The notes: generated by a model from the letters alone, not told the origin. Shown: positions 45,633-55,017, counted from the stretch's first letter. The stretch is 64,000 nt of DNA from Campylobacterales bacterium (GCA_024278835.1 JAJRSK010000064.1:19101-83100), one strand, 5' to 3'. Program-made: numbers and translations.

Positions 45633-46874
45633 CTACTCGATAGCATCTGCCATCGACCACATCGGTAAAAAGATACCAAGGGCAAGTAGGGTCAAAAAGG
45701 CAGCGATGAGGGCTATCATGATAGGCTCGATGTAGGTGGAGATATTGTCTACCAAGTCGTTGTATTTACTGCTATAGTACTTGTTTACTTTTTCGAGCAT
45801 TTTGTTGAGTGAACCTGAACTTTCTCCCGCTTTTATCATCTGTATGGTGATGTTTTCAAACTGTCCACTCTCTGTAAATCCATCTGTCAAACTTCGTCCC
45901 TCTTCGATAGCCTCTTGCATCACTCCAAATCGCTCTCTCATGTAGTCATTTTCTACGATATTTTTAGAGATATCCAAGGCTTTGATGATAGGCACACCGG
46001 AGTTGGTAAGCTTGTCAAAGACAAAGAGAAATCTTCCCGTCATGGAGAGGTGTGTGATACGCCCAAAGAGATAAAGTTTGAGGGAGTATTTATCGATAGT
46101 ATATTTATACTTTTTGTTTTTGTTGTAAAGGGTTTTGTGGATAAATATCATACTTGCGATAGCGATGACAATCACTAGCCCATACTCTTTGACAAATGAT
46201 TCTATACTTAATAGAACTTGCGTAGGATAAGGCAGTTGACTATCATATTCCTCAAACATCTGTTTAAACTGGGGTACAATCATCTTGATGACAGCGACAA
46301 AGGCAGCTATCATGATAGTGATGACGATGAGAGGATAACGCATGGCTTTTTTGAGTTTTTTTCTATTTTCGTGAATTTCATCTAAGATATTGGCAAGTTT
46401 CTCTACGGCTTCTGAGAGTTGTCCCGTCTGCTCACCTAGAGAGATGATAGCAGGAGAGACATTGCCAAGTTCATAAGAAAAATCTTCAAATGACTCTGTG
46501 ATTCCAGAACCAGACTCTATCTTTAGCGCGATTTGTTGGAAAATCTCTTTTGTCTGTTTATGCGTGGTCATCGAGACTATCTCTGTAAAACAATGGTTGA
46601 TAGGGATACCCGCGTCAAGCATGACAGAGAGTTGTCTCAGTGATGCGATGTAAGGTTCTAAAGGGATTTTTCTCTTTAGTGATGAACTAGCAAAAGAGGC
46701 TTTGAGTTTTTCTATCTTTTTAGAAAAAGGTTCGTTGATTTCATCGATAGAGAGCAGAGCACCAAGAGGTTTTTCTTGGAATTTTTTCACCGCTTCTAGC
46801 TTGTGAGAAGATTCTAAAACGATACTGTTTTGTTTCCCCCCCCCAAGTGTGTAGACGATTTCAAAATACTTCAT
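45633..46874 (-). CDS. mshG: type IV pilus / T2SS platform protein (GspF/PilC family, MshG-like)
   Basis: 413 aa with two GspF-type repeats and three TM helices. Its start forms an ATGA overlap with the upstream ATPase gene. Confidence 0.85.
   Translation of the reverse strand: MKYFEIVYTLGGGKQNSIVLESSHKLEAVKKFQEKPLGALLSIDEINEPFSKKIEKLKASFASSSLKRKIPLEPYIASLRQLSVMLDAGIPINHCFTEIVSMTTHKQTKEIFQQIALKIESGSGITESFEDFSYELGNVSPAIISLGEQTGQLSEAVEKLANILDEIHENRKKLKKAMRYPLIVITIMIAAFVAVIKMIVPQFKQMFEEYDSQLPYPTQVLLSIESFVKEYGLVIVIAIASMIFIHKTLYNKNKKYKYTIDKYSLKLYLFGRITHLSMTGRFLFVFDKLTNSGVPIIKALDISKNIVENDYMRERFGVMQEAIEEGRSLTDGFTESGQFENITIQMIKAGESSGSLNKMLEKVNKYYSSKYNDLVDNISTYIEPIMIALIAAFLTLLALGIFLPMWSMADAIE
46836..46844 (-). 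repeat. homopolymeric G9 tract (C9 on the + strand) in codons 11-13 of the platform gene
   Basis: Read directly: ...TTTCCCCCCCCCAAG... encodes Gly-Gly-Gly as GGG GGG GGG in an AT-rich genome. Confidence 0.95.
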
Positions 46875-48541
46875 ATCTTGACGACTCTTAGAACCTCTTC
46901 TAGGGAGGTTGTGCCTTCTAAAGCCTTGGTGATACCATCAATGAGCATCGGTTCGTAGCCATTTTTGACAGCGGCTTCTTTGAGTTCATATCTGTTTTTT
47001 CCTAGGGATATTTGACTAGAGAGAGCATCATCTATCATGAGGATTTCACATATCATGATACGACCATCATAGCCAGAAAAAGCACATTTTGAACACCCTT
47101 CACCACTATAAAAGGTACTGTTTTCTGGGATATATGCCTTGACTTTTGCGATATCGCTGCGTTGGGGTTTGTGCTCTTTTTTACAAAAGGTACATACTTT
47201 TCTGACCAATCTCTGTGTGACGACACCTACGAGTGAATCAGCGATGAGATAAGAAGGCAATCCCATCTGTACCATGCGTGTGATAGCACTTGGTGCGTCG
47301 TTGGTGTGTAAGGTGGAAAAGACCAAGTGACCTGTTAGGGAGGCACCAACCGCAGTAGAGAGTGTCTCTTCATCTCGTGTTTCCCCGACCATGATGATAT
47401 CGGGATCTTGTCGTAAGACGGACCGCAATACATCAGCAAAACCATACCCTATCTTGTCATTTGTCTGCATCTGTTGTACTAGGGGGAGTTGATACTCGAT
47501 AGGGTCTTCGATGGTGATGATTTTGTTTTTGATATCTTTGATGTCGTTGAGTGCGGCGTAAAGCGTGGTGGTTTTTCCGCTTCCTGTAGGCCCTGTGACA
47601 AAGACGATACCATAAGGAGATTTGAGTAAGTCTTGAAATTTTCCCAAGTTTTTTTCACTCATGCCTAGTTGGTCGAGTGTTAAAAGTATCTTTTCTTGAT
47701 CAAGGATACGCATGACGATGGATTCACCATGTAAGGTTGGGGCAGTAGAGAGCCTAAAGTCAAAGTTTCTTCCCATGACATTCATCGAAAATCTTCCATC
47801 TTGAGATTTTCTTTTTTCGGAGATATCAAGATTTCCAAGGATTTTTATCCTAGAGGCTAGGGCATTGTAAACTTCTATATCTAGGACAAATATCTCCCGA
47901 AGTACACCATCCACACGGTTTCTAACAGAGACGTCATATTCATTTGGCTCGATATGCACATCGCTAGCTCCATTGATGATAGAACTTTTTAAGATTTGCA
48001 TGATGAGAAGCATGATAGAACTCTGCTCATTATCTAGTTTGAACTCTTTTGAAGCTATCTCTTGCTTGACTTGGTTCATCAAGACTTGCGCTGTTTCGAT
48101 GATTTCGAGTCTTTCAAAGACGTGTTTGATGTCATGTTTAAGAGAGATGTAAAACTTGATAGGTTTTATGATGATGATATTTTCAAGTGATTCCATCGCT
48201 TCGACGTTGAGGGGGTCAGCCACAGCGATATGGATAAAATCTTCATCCTCTTTAAAGATAATGGCATCGGCATTTTTGAGAAGGTTTAGGGAATAATTTT
48301 TCAGTACAGAAAAGTCGATATCAACACTATAGAGATCTAAAAAAGAGTATCCTAGTTGTGAAGCTAAAATAGTGGCTAAATCTTTCTCAGAAACCAAGCC
48401 CTCTTCGATAAAGATTTCACCTAGTTTTTTAGAAAAGTTACTCTGTTTTTGCACACCCAAGGCATGCATCAATTGTTCATGTGTGATTTTCTTTTGTTCT
48501 ACTAAGATATCACCAAGTCGTAGTTTTGGTCCCATACTCAA
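46871..48541 (-). CDS. mshE: GspE/PilB-family pilus assembly ATPase with an MshEN-type N-terminal domain (MshE-like)
   Basis: Walker A GPTGSGKTTT, Asp/His boxes, a tetracysteine motif (CTFC...CSKC), and an N-terminal tandem RLGDILV...Q / KLGEIFIEEGLV...Q motif. Confidence 0.9.
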   Translation of the reverse strand: MSMGPKLRLGDILVEQKKITHEQLMHALGVQKQSNFSKKLGEIFIEEGLVSEKDLATILASQLGYSFLDLYSVDIDFSVLKNYSLNLLKNADAIIFKEDEDFIHIAVADPLNVEAMESLENIIIIKPIKFYISLKHDIKHVFERLEIIETAQVLMNQVKQEIASKEFKLDNEQSSIMLLIMQILKSSIINGASDVHIEPNEYDVSVRNRVDGVLREIFVLDIEVYNALASRIKILGNLDISEKRKSQDGRFSMNVMGRNFDFRLSTAPTLHGESIVMRILDQEKILLTLDQLGMSEKNLGKFQDLLKSPYGIVFVTGPTGSGKTTTLYAALNDIKDIKNKIITIEDPIEYQLPLVQQMQTNDKIGYGFADVLRSVLRQDPDIIMVGETRDEETLSTAVGASLTGHLVFSTLHTNDAPSAITRMVQMGLPSYLIADSLVGVVTQRLVRKVCTFCKKEHKPQRSDIAKVKAYIPENSTFYSGEGCSKCAFSGYDGRIMICEILMIDDALSSQISLGKNRYELKEAAVKNGYEPMLIDGITKALEGTTSLEEVLRVVKI

Positions 48542-48720
48542 ACACCTTTGAAGTCTTCTCAGGTATTAAAGCACAAAGTATGCCATTAAGTTAAGAGTTT
48601 TGAAAAAAATTAAGTGCGGTTCATCTGCACGTGAGCCCTCTGCTGAAGAGAACTCAGCGTTAGCGTAGACAAAAGAATTTACTTCTTTTGTCGTTAACTT
48701 AAGGGTGCCGGAGGTACCCT

Positions 48721-49341
48721 TTATAGGGAGTTTAGCAGTTCCTGAGCTTCTTGGGATGGGTGCCTTTTTAAAAAGAGGGTGAGTGCTTTTTTTGCGATTT
48801 CATCTTTGCCTAAGGCTTTTTTACTTTTGGCATAGACAATCCAAGGTCGTACTTTTGATTTATTTTTTTTACTCGCTTCTATCGCCCATTTTATTGCTTT
48901 TTGATAGGATTTTTTACTATAGTGGTAGTTGGCGACAGCGATGGTAGCAGAGTAGCTTTGGGATTGGGCTTGATGTTCGAGTAGCTGGTAAAGGCTTTTT
49001 TCATTTGTAGTGACTTTTAAGCCACTTCTTTTAGGTGTGGAGACTTTTTTGACTTCTCTTTTAGGTGGTAAATTTTTTGTAATATTTTCTTCTTTTGTCT
49101 CATTTACTTCAGCTTTTGTGATGATGGGTGTTATGCTTGTGTTGCTTTCTTGTGTTGCTTTGGGAGTCTCATTTTTATCTTCTATCATGATAGGCTTGGA
49201 GAAGTTTAGTGTAGAGATATAGTAGGCAAGTGCCCCTATCATGATAAGGAATAAGATACGCCTATTTCTGGATTTTTTCTTTTGTAGTTTATAACGGTCA
49301 TATTTTTTAACCAATTCATTGAAATCATTATTTAACATCAA
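48721..49341 (-). CDS. membrane-anchored TPR-like protein (MshN-like by position)
   Basis: An N-terminal TM anchor, a low-complexity linker, and a C-terminal TPR-like helical region. Confidence 0.45.
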   Translation of the reverse strand: MMLNNDFNELVKKYDRYKLQKKKSRNRRILFLIMIGALAYYISTLNFSKPIMIEDKNETPKATQESNTSITPIITKAEVNETKEENITKNLPPKREVKKVSTPKRSGLKVTTNEKSLYQLLEHQAQSQSYSATIAVANYHYSKKSYQKAIKWAIEASKKNKSKVRPWIVYAKSKKALGKDEIAKKALTLFLKRHPSQEAQELLNSL

Positions 49342-50131
49342 TCAATCCTATATCTATGGCTGCCATAGTCAATGTCGTATCATCTACTTTATTGTACTTC
49401 TCAAGCCCTCCTCTTTGCGCTATCTCTACGATTTCGCAGACAGTTTTTAAAAGCTTTTTAGCTGTTCTGAAGTTGGCATCTGAGTACTTATAGATAAAAT
49501 CAACTTGTTTTTTATCAAAAGCAGAGACTACTTCGGAGAGATTTTTAGAGAGGAGTCGGTTTTGGATGTAACGGGTTATCTCTTCTTTTTTGAGGTGTTC
49601 TAAGATGATGGTTTTTGTGCTACGGGATTTGAAATGGGGCTTGGCAAGGACATATTCTCCCTCTTTTTTGTGCATGGCGAGGACTAGTTGAAACATTTTC
49701 ATATCGCTAAGTACCCGTAAAAATTCTAACTGGTTTTCTGTTAAAAGCTGCGCTTCATCGATAAAAACAGTATATTCTAAGTTTTTATAATGTTGTTTCA
49801 GGGCAAGGATAAGGGCATCGATGGTCTGAGCATTATGCTCGATAAAAACACCTGCAGATTCGAGCAAGACTTCAAGTAATTCACGCTCGTCAAAGTGGGG
49901 ATTTGGAAAAAACTTAGCGAGTTTGACGCTGTCAGCCCGCTCCTGTACAAACTTGAGTAAAAAACTCTTTCCAGAACCAGGATTACCTAGTAAAAAGGTC
50001 ATAGAGACTTCATGGGCATTAAGCGTTTTTAACAACTCTTTTTTTGCCATCTCAAAGGTAAAGCTATCTATATAACCACTTAAGTCAAAGTCATCTTTAA
50101 AGAGTTCTTTGGCCACTGAAAATTGATTCAT
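49328..50131 (-). CDS. mshM: ExeA-like AAA+ ATPase (MshM-like)
   Basis: Walker A LLGNPGSGKSFLL, Walker B FIDEAQ, and about 270 aa, as for ExeA/MshM. Confidence 0.7.
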   Translation of the reverse strand: MNQFSVAKELFKDDFDLSGYIDSFTFEMAKKELLKTLNAHEVSMTFLLGNPGSGKSFLLKFVQERADSVKLAKFFPNPHFDERELLEVLLESAGVFIEHNAQTIDALILALKQHYKNLEYTVFIDEAQLLTENQLEFLRVLSDMKMFQLVLAMHKKEGEYVLAKPHFKSRSTKTIILEHLKKEEITRYIQNRLLSKNLSEVVSAFDKKQVDFIYKYSDANFRTAKKLLKTVCEIVEIAQRGGLEKYNKVDDTTLTMAAIDIGLIDVK

Positions 50132-50149
50132 CCCGCCCCCCGTTTTGTG

Positions 50150-51592
50150 CTATTGTATCGTGTTGTGACCTACGATGCTACTACGCTCCAATTCTCCTAG
50201 TGAAGGAGTGCTCTCTTCACCAGTAATTAGTTTTGGTGTCATAACTATAATCAATTCGCTCTTAGATTTTACTTTTGTCTTTGATTTAAAGGCAAGTCCA
50301 AGGAGAGGAATATCCCCTAAAAGTGGGATTTTTGTGATTTTATCTTCTACACGTTTTTGTATCAATCCACCTATAATCACCCGTTGGTTATTTTTAACCT
50401 TGATGATGGAAGAGAGTTGTTTTATCTTGATATCAGGGGCTAGGTTGGCATTGCCATCTTTGTCGAGGTGGTTTTTAGATATCTCACTAATAATCGGATT
50501 GATTTTGAGGATGATATGCTTGTCTTGTGTGACTTCAGGTACGATGCCAAGTGTGACACCCACAAAGGTCGAACCTACTTCAAACTGTGGGTCAGAGTGT
50601 ACGACGCCATTGGTCGTGGTGGTGGTCGTGCCTAGTGTATACTTGTAGTTTTTCTCTTCACCTACATTGATGATGGCTGGTTGGTTGTTGAGCGTCAAAA
50701 TCTTTGGATTCGAGACGATACTCACATCTCCCTGGGTTTTTAAGAAGTTGATGAGTCCCTCCATATCAAAGTTATAGCCTAGCATAGAAGCTGGATTGCC
50801 TAGGGTATGGATAAGCGTTCTATCTTCTCCTGCGGCACTTCCTTTTAAAGAGGCTTGAAACTTACTCCAATCTATCCCAGTTGTCTGGTCATTGCTATAG
50901 GTGACTTCGATGATTTTTGCATCGATAAAGATTTGTTTGTGTAATCTCTCTGTGATTTTTTCGATATATTTGGCGATACGTTGGGTCTGTTTTTTAGTCC
51001 CTGTGACGGTGATGACGCCTGCTTCTTGGTTGATAACTGTTTTGTTGGCGTTAAAGCTATCACCTTCTCTATTTAATATGGATTCTATCTCTGCTTTAAT
51101 ATTATCCCATAATTTAAATTCGCTGACAAAGTCAAGTGTGGTAGAACCAGAACCATTTCCTCCGCTGCCACTTGTCGCTCCTGTAGATGAACCGGTGGTG
51201 ATAGTTTTGTTGCTGGTGTTACTTGCTTTTGAAAAGTTGACGTAATCTATATAAAAAGATTGTGTTTTTAGATAGGAGACTTTTAGGACGTTGTTGTCTG
51301 TGAGTGTATAGTAGAGGTTGTTTTCTGTGAGTAAAAGGTCAAGCAAGTCTTCAAGTGAGAAGTCTTTGATATTCATATAAGATATTTTTTTCTTCACCAT
51401 CTCTTTTGTCTTTTCATCTTCAAAAACGATACTCATCTTACACTCTTGGGTGAGATTTTCTAATACATCCAAAATACTCCCGGGGGCAGATTTGGTACTG
51501 TTTACCTTAAATGAAAAAAGATTACTTTGGCAAGTTGCTTGTAAGTGCAAAGTGGAAAAAAGTAGTATGCACGCTATCAATATCTTTCTCAT
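50150..51592 (-). CDS. mshL: secretin (GspD/PilQ family, MshL-like)
   Basis: Signal peptide and the C-terminal secretin domain ...KIPLLGDIPLLGLAFKSKTKVKSKSELIIVMTPKLI. Confidence 0.85.
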   Translation of the reverse strand: MRKILIACILLFSTLHLQATCQSNLFSFKVNSTKSAPGSILDVLENLTQECKMSIVFEDEKTKEMVKKKISYMNIKDFSLEDLLDLLLTENNLYYTLTDNNVLKVSYLKTQSFYIDYVNFSKASNTSNKTITTGSSTGATSGSGGNGSGSTTLDFVSEFKLWDNIKAEIESILNREGDSFNANKTVINQEAGVITVTGTKKQTQRIAKYIEKITERLHKQIFIDAKIIEVTYSNDQTTGIDWSKFQASLKGSAAGEDRTLIHTLGNPASMLGYNFDMEGLINFLKTQGDVSIVSNPKILTLNNQPAIINVGEEKNYKYTLGTTTTTTNGVVHSDPQFEVGSTFVGVTLGIVPEVTQDKHIILKINPIISEISKNHLDKDGNANLAPDIKIKQLSSIIKVKNNQRVIIGGLIQKRVEDKITKIPLLGDIPLLGLAFKSKTKVKSKSELIIVMTPKLITGEESTPSLGELERSSIVGHNTIQ

Positions 51593-52008
51593 AGAACCTC
51601 TTTTTTGACTAGTAAATTTTCAGCTGTTTTTAGTTTTAAAACAATAGTTTTATTTTTTCTCTTTAAAACTACACTATCTTGATTTACTTTAGAAAGCACA
51701 TATCGCGCCACTTTTTGATTTTCTCTATACCAAACACCATTGATAAAGGCTTTTTTGTTAAGAATCATAGAAAGAATGAGTGATTTTTTTCTCTTTTTTG
51801 TCACTTTTTCAGCAAGTTGCTTGTGTTGTTTTTTTGTCATTATTTTCTTATCATGATAGAAAGGATCATACTTGATGTCGAGATTTATAGTGGTTTTTTG
51901 GCTCTCTTGCAAGCGTATCTGATCTAGTGTATGGTTGATTTTTTCTATCATTGAAGTATCTGCATGGGCTATCATGATAGTAAAAAGAAGCAGTAGTAAA
52001 GTTCTCAT
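51589..52008 (-). CDS. small exported pilus biogenesis protein (MshK-like by position)
   Basis: A signal peptide, 139 aa, and overlaps with the genes on both sides. Confidence 0.4.
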   Translation of the reverse strand: MRTLLLLLFTIMIAHADTSMIEKINHTLDQIRLQESQKTTINLDIKYDPFYHDKKIMTKKQHKQLAEKVTKKRKKSLILSMILNKKAFINGVWYRENQKVARYVLSKVNQDSVVLKRKNKTIVLKLKTAENLLVKKEVL

Positions 52009-52640
52009 ATATTGACTCCATAGATAGTGAAGTTGATAGAAAATTGAATCATCCCACTTCCCTCTTCATCAATTTTTTCCATTTGGATATTTTTCACATC
52101 TACGATAAACTGTGTATTTTCTATGAAGTGGAGATACTCCAAGGTACTGTTGTAACTCCCTTTTCCTGAAATTTCTATATACTTTTTAGGGACAATTTCA
52201 CTTTGGTGGATGTCGCTTTTAGAGTCACTGTTTTTGATATAGTCGATGCTGATATGTAGAGTAAGTGACTTTTTGAGGATATCATCTAGGGTAAGTGCCC
52301 AGCGTTTTTCATCAAAATCAGAAATCTCAAGATTGCTTAGTTTGGCATAGAGATAGTTGAGTGAATCTCTGTTTTTTTCTACATCTTCTTTTAGCACGAG
52401 TAACTGCTCTTGTGCTTTTTTAATCTTTCTTTTGATGCTGCGAGGTTGTTTTCGATTGATATCACGATGAAGCTGATCTTGTTGGCTGCTGAGTATCTCT
52501 AACTCTTCATCTTGCCAAGGTGTGATAAACATAAATATAACGGCACCCACTATCATGATAGGCATCAAATAGATAAAAATCTTTTGTGAGATTTTTACTT
52601 TTTGTAAATAACTTTCAAATTCGCTCAACATACTTTTCAT
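52005..52640 (-). CDS. PilO/MshJ-like bitopic pilus assembly protein
   Basis: A single TM helix, then a coiled coil and an alpha/beta domain. Assigned by its position in the cluster. Confidence 0.45.
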   Translation of the reverse strand: MKSMLSEFESYLQKVKISQKIFIYLMPIMIVGAVIFMFITPWQDEELEILSSQQDQLHRDINRKQPRSIKRKIKKAQEQLLVLKEDVEKNRDSLNYLYAKLSNLEISDFDEKRWALTLDDILKKSLTLHISIDYIKNSDSKSDIHQSEIVPKKYIEISGKGSYNSTLEYLHFIENTQFIVDVKNIQMEKIDEEGSGMIQFSINFTIYGVNI

Positions 52641-54121
52641 CTCTTCACCGTTATGATACTTTTGTAAACATCGCTGTTAAGTTTTATCTCATTGGATGTG
52701 ACGCTGGTATACCCCTTACTTAAAAGTGCGGACATAAACTTCGCAATTGTATCTCTCTTGTTTTCGATAGAATAAATCTCAAAATCCATTGCACCTTTAT
52801 CTACCTGTCTGACATTGTCTATAGAGAGTTTATACTTCTTCAAAAGGTTATTTACCGTTAAAAACATCGGTGTATATTTTGAGTCTTTTGATTTTAAGGC
52901 GAGTAGAGAAGAGGCGATATTTTGTAACTTATGCAAGTCTGTATCTATCTTTTTTTGCTGTTGTTTTGTACTTTTTAACTCTTTTTCTACCGCTTTTTGC
53001 CTCTTTTTGAGTTTTGAAGTTGCTGACGAAAGGGTGCTTAGTTGTGCTTTTAAAACACTATTTTCTTTCTCTGTGGCTGTCATCTGATACTGTTGATAGA
53101 GTGGGTAGGAAGAGAGTATCATCAGTGAAGCAACACTAGAGAGGGCAAATTTTCCTATTTCACTTTGGTAAAAAGGGGCTTTTTTGTTAAAGATAGTAAA
53201 GTTATGTTGCTGTTTACCTTCTTCTAGTTTGTCTTGGATATACGACGCTGCGATAGTATCAAGTGCGAGGATGTCATCAGAGGCTAAAAAATCTAGCGCT
53301 CTATAGGTGACATCAGGGAAGTAGGCACGTGCGGTCTCTTCAAGATAGGGAATCATTTGATTATCAAGAGAGAAAAATATGCGTTCAACTTGGGTGAAGC
53401 CATAAACATTTCTATTGTGCAGAGCGATATTATTTGTTTTTGAGAAAAAGTTTTCAAAAGTTTTTTGTATATAATCATACAAATCATACTCATGAAGTTC
53501 GTAATTCTCTTTACTTAGACCTTTTTTAAGTAGTATCTCTTTTAACTTCTCTGTATCTGTGAGGATATTTAAGTTTTCTAACTCTTTGACCATGTCCCTA
53601 AGAGAGAGGGTTTTTTTGGATGTGACGTACGCTCCCTCTTTGTAAAAAGTAGAAAAAGATTCATCATCGTCTATGGTAATGAAGAGGTCATTTTTCTTAT
53701 CAAGAATCTCATGTTTATAAAGTGTTTCAAAAACCAAAAAAGGAAGCACTAAAAAGTCTATATGTTTGATGGTAGAAAAGCTTTTTTGATACTTCTCTTC
53801 TATGGCTAGTGTATCGATTGCAAAGGATTCAACAAGCTTTAAATCCCCCACAGATGCCTTTTTTGTCTCATAAGATATCTTGTGGATTTTACTGGCATCA
53901 AGTCCTATCTCATCATACATCTTGAGTTCAGCTGTGACTAAAAGTTCTTGGGGCGTGAGTGGCTTGTCTAGTTTAAAATTGTGTGTGATGATGTCGTTAA
54001 AGTTTAATCGTGCACCGATAGGATTTTTCTTATTTTTTAGTGAAAATTCCCCACATGTTTTATCATGATAGGAAAAGTTTTTACCATGTTGTAAATCTAA
54101 AAAATTTATCTGTTTCGCCAT
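52637..54121 (-). CDS. PilM/PilN-fusion-like (MshI-like) pilus assembly protein
   Basis: 494 aa: a cytoplasmic N-terminal domain, a central TM helix (FALSSVASLMILSSYPLY), a coiled coil and a C-terminal domain. Assigned by its position in the cluster. Confidence 0.45.
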   Translation of the reverse strand: MAKQINFLDLQHGKNFSYHDKTCGEFSLKNKKNPIGARLNFNDIITHNFKLDKPLTPQELLVTAELKMYDEIGLDASKIHKISYETKKASVGDLKLVESFAIDTLAIEEKYQKSFSTIKHIDFLVLPFLVFETLYKHEILDKKNDLFITIDDDESFSTFYKEGAYVTSKKTLSLRDMVKELENLNILTDTEKLKEILLKKGLSKENYELHEYDLYDYIQKTFENFFSKTNNIALHNRNVYGFTQVERIFFSLDNQMIPYLEETARAYFPDVTYRALDFLASDDILALDTIAASYIQDKLEEGKQQHNFTIFNKKAPFYQSEIGKFALSSVASLMILSSYPLYQQYQMTATEKENSVLKAQLSTLSSATSKLKKRQKAVEKELKSTKQQQKKIDTDLHKLQNIASSLLALKSKDSKYTPMFLTVNNLLKKYKLSIDNVRQVDKGAMDFEIYSIENKRDTIAKFMSALLSKGYTSVTSNEIKLNSDVYKSIITVKR

Positions 54122-54124
54122 CTC

Positions 54125-54589
54125 TTATCTCTCTATCATGATACTCCCTGAGTAAGGCATGATTTTTATCTTTCGTTTTGTATTTTTATACTCTATATCA
54201 AGTAATATCGGCGTTTGGATGAGATTATTTAATTTATAGTTATTCAGATAGGGGCGACCCAAGGTATCAAAACAAATCTTTTTAGTGCTGAGGGTGGATT
54301 TCATCTGATATTTTCTAGCAGACTTTGAACTTTTTTCATCAGATTTGATGTTGGCGGTGTCGATACAGGTTTTTTCATAGAAGTTATCACGCCAGCTAAT
54401 ATCGTTAAAATCATAGTTATCGTAGATAAAAGCATCCATCTGTTTTTCTTTTATTTTCATCGTGATAAAGTTGATGTCAGTTAAGAGTCTGTTATCGGGT
54501 ATACTCATCACCGCCGCACCCGATAAAATGCCTAGTATAACGATGACGAAGATAAGTTCGACTAAAGTAAAGGCTTTTTTCATCATCAT
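54125..54589 (-). CDS. minor (pseudo)pilin with a prepilin-type N-terminal methylation domain
   Basis: MMMKKAFTLVELIFVIVILGILSGAAV. Confidence 0.75.
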   Translation of the reverse strand: MMMKKAFTLVELIFVIVILGILSGAAVMSIPDNRLLTDINFITMKIKEKQMDAFIYDNYDFNDISWRDNFYEKTCIDTANIKSDEKSSKSARKYQMKSTLSTKKICFDTLGRPYLNNYKLNNLIQTPILLDIEYKNTKRKIKIMPYSGSIMIER

Positions 54590-55017
54590 GGCCTTTGCAT
54601 CGTGCGTCTAGTGAGCCTGATGGGACGCGTATTTTTAGGATGGGCATCATTACTGCTGACAATGACTTCCATCATCACCATGCCATTTGACTCTTCTGTT
54701 TGGATGATTTTTTCTCTATCACAACCAGCAGTTTTAAAAAGATAGTAGTTAGTGATGTTGATATCTGCAAAAAAACGCTTGTCATCAGAGACGATATGAA
54801 TCTCATTAAGACATCCTCCACTTCTATCATGAGTAGATATGCCAAAAAGGGCTAGTTCTATGGCACTTTGCATAAAGAGTTCTGCACTCTCTTTGAGATA
54901 AAGATCTTCAGTTTGTTTGGTAGTGACGGAGGCGTACTTCATCATGATAGTGAGTATGGTGGATAAAATCACCATAAAAAGTATCACTTGAATCATCCCA
55001 AAACCTTTTCTCATCAA
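54586..55017 (-). CDS. minor pilin-like protein (degenerate prepilin N-terminus lacking Glu5)
   Basis: MMRKGFGMIQVILFMVILSTIL. It overlaps the genes on both sides by 4 nt. Confidence 0.5.
   Translation of the reverse strand: MMRKGFGMIQVILFMVILSTILTIMMKYASVTTKQTEDLYLKESAELFMQSAIELALFGISTHDRSGGCLNEIHIVSDDKRFFADINITNYYLFKTAGCDREKIIQTEESNGMVMMEVIVSSNDAHPKNTRPIRLTRRTMQRP

Noticed and set aside
40524-45713. The longest palindrome-free stretch (about 5.2 kb, covering queD, cytochrome c, moeA and the pilins), and other gaps of 3-3.6 kb, considered as evidence for horizontally acquired islands.
   Set aside because: With a mean spacing of about 1.2 kb and 54 intervals, one gap of this size is roughly what a random (exponential) spacing model predicts. 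It is not significant within one window.
48612-48620. AAGTGCGGT, identical to the Haemophilus influenzae uptake signal core, in the mshN-mshE spacer next to the pilus genes.
   Set aside because: It occurs once in the window and has no USS-like flanking AT-rich segments. It is most likely coincidence.
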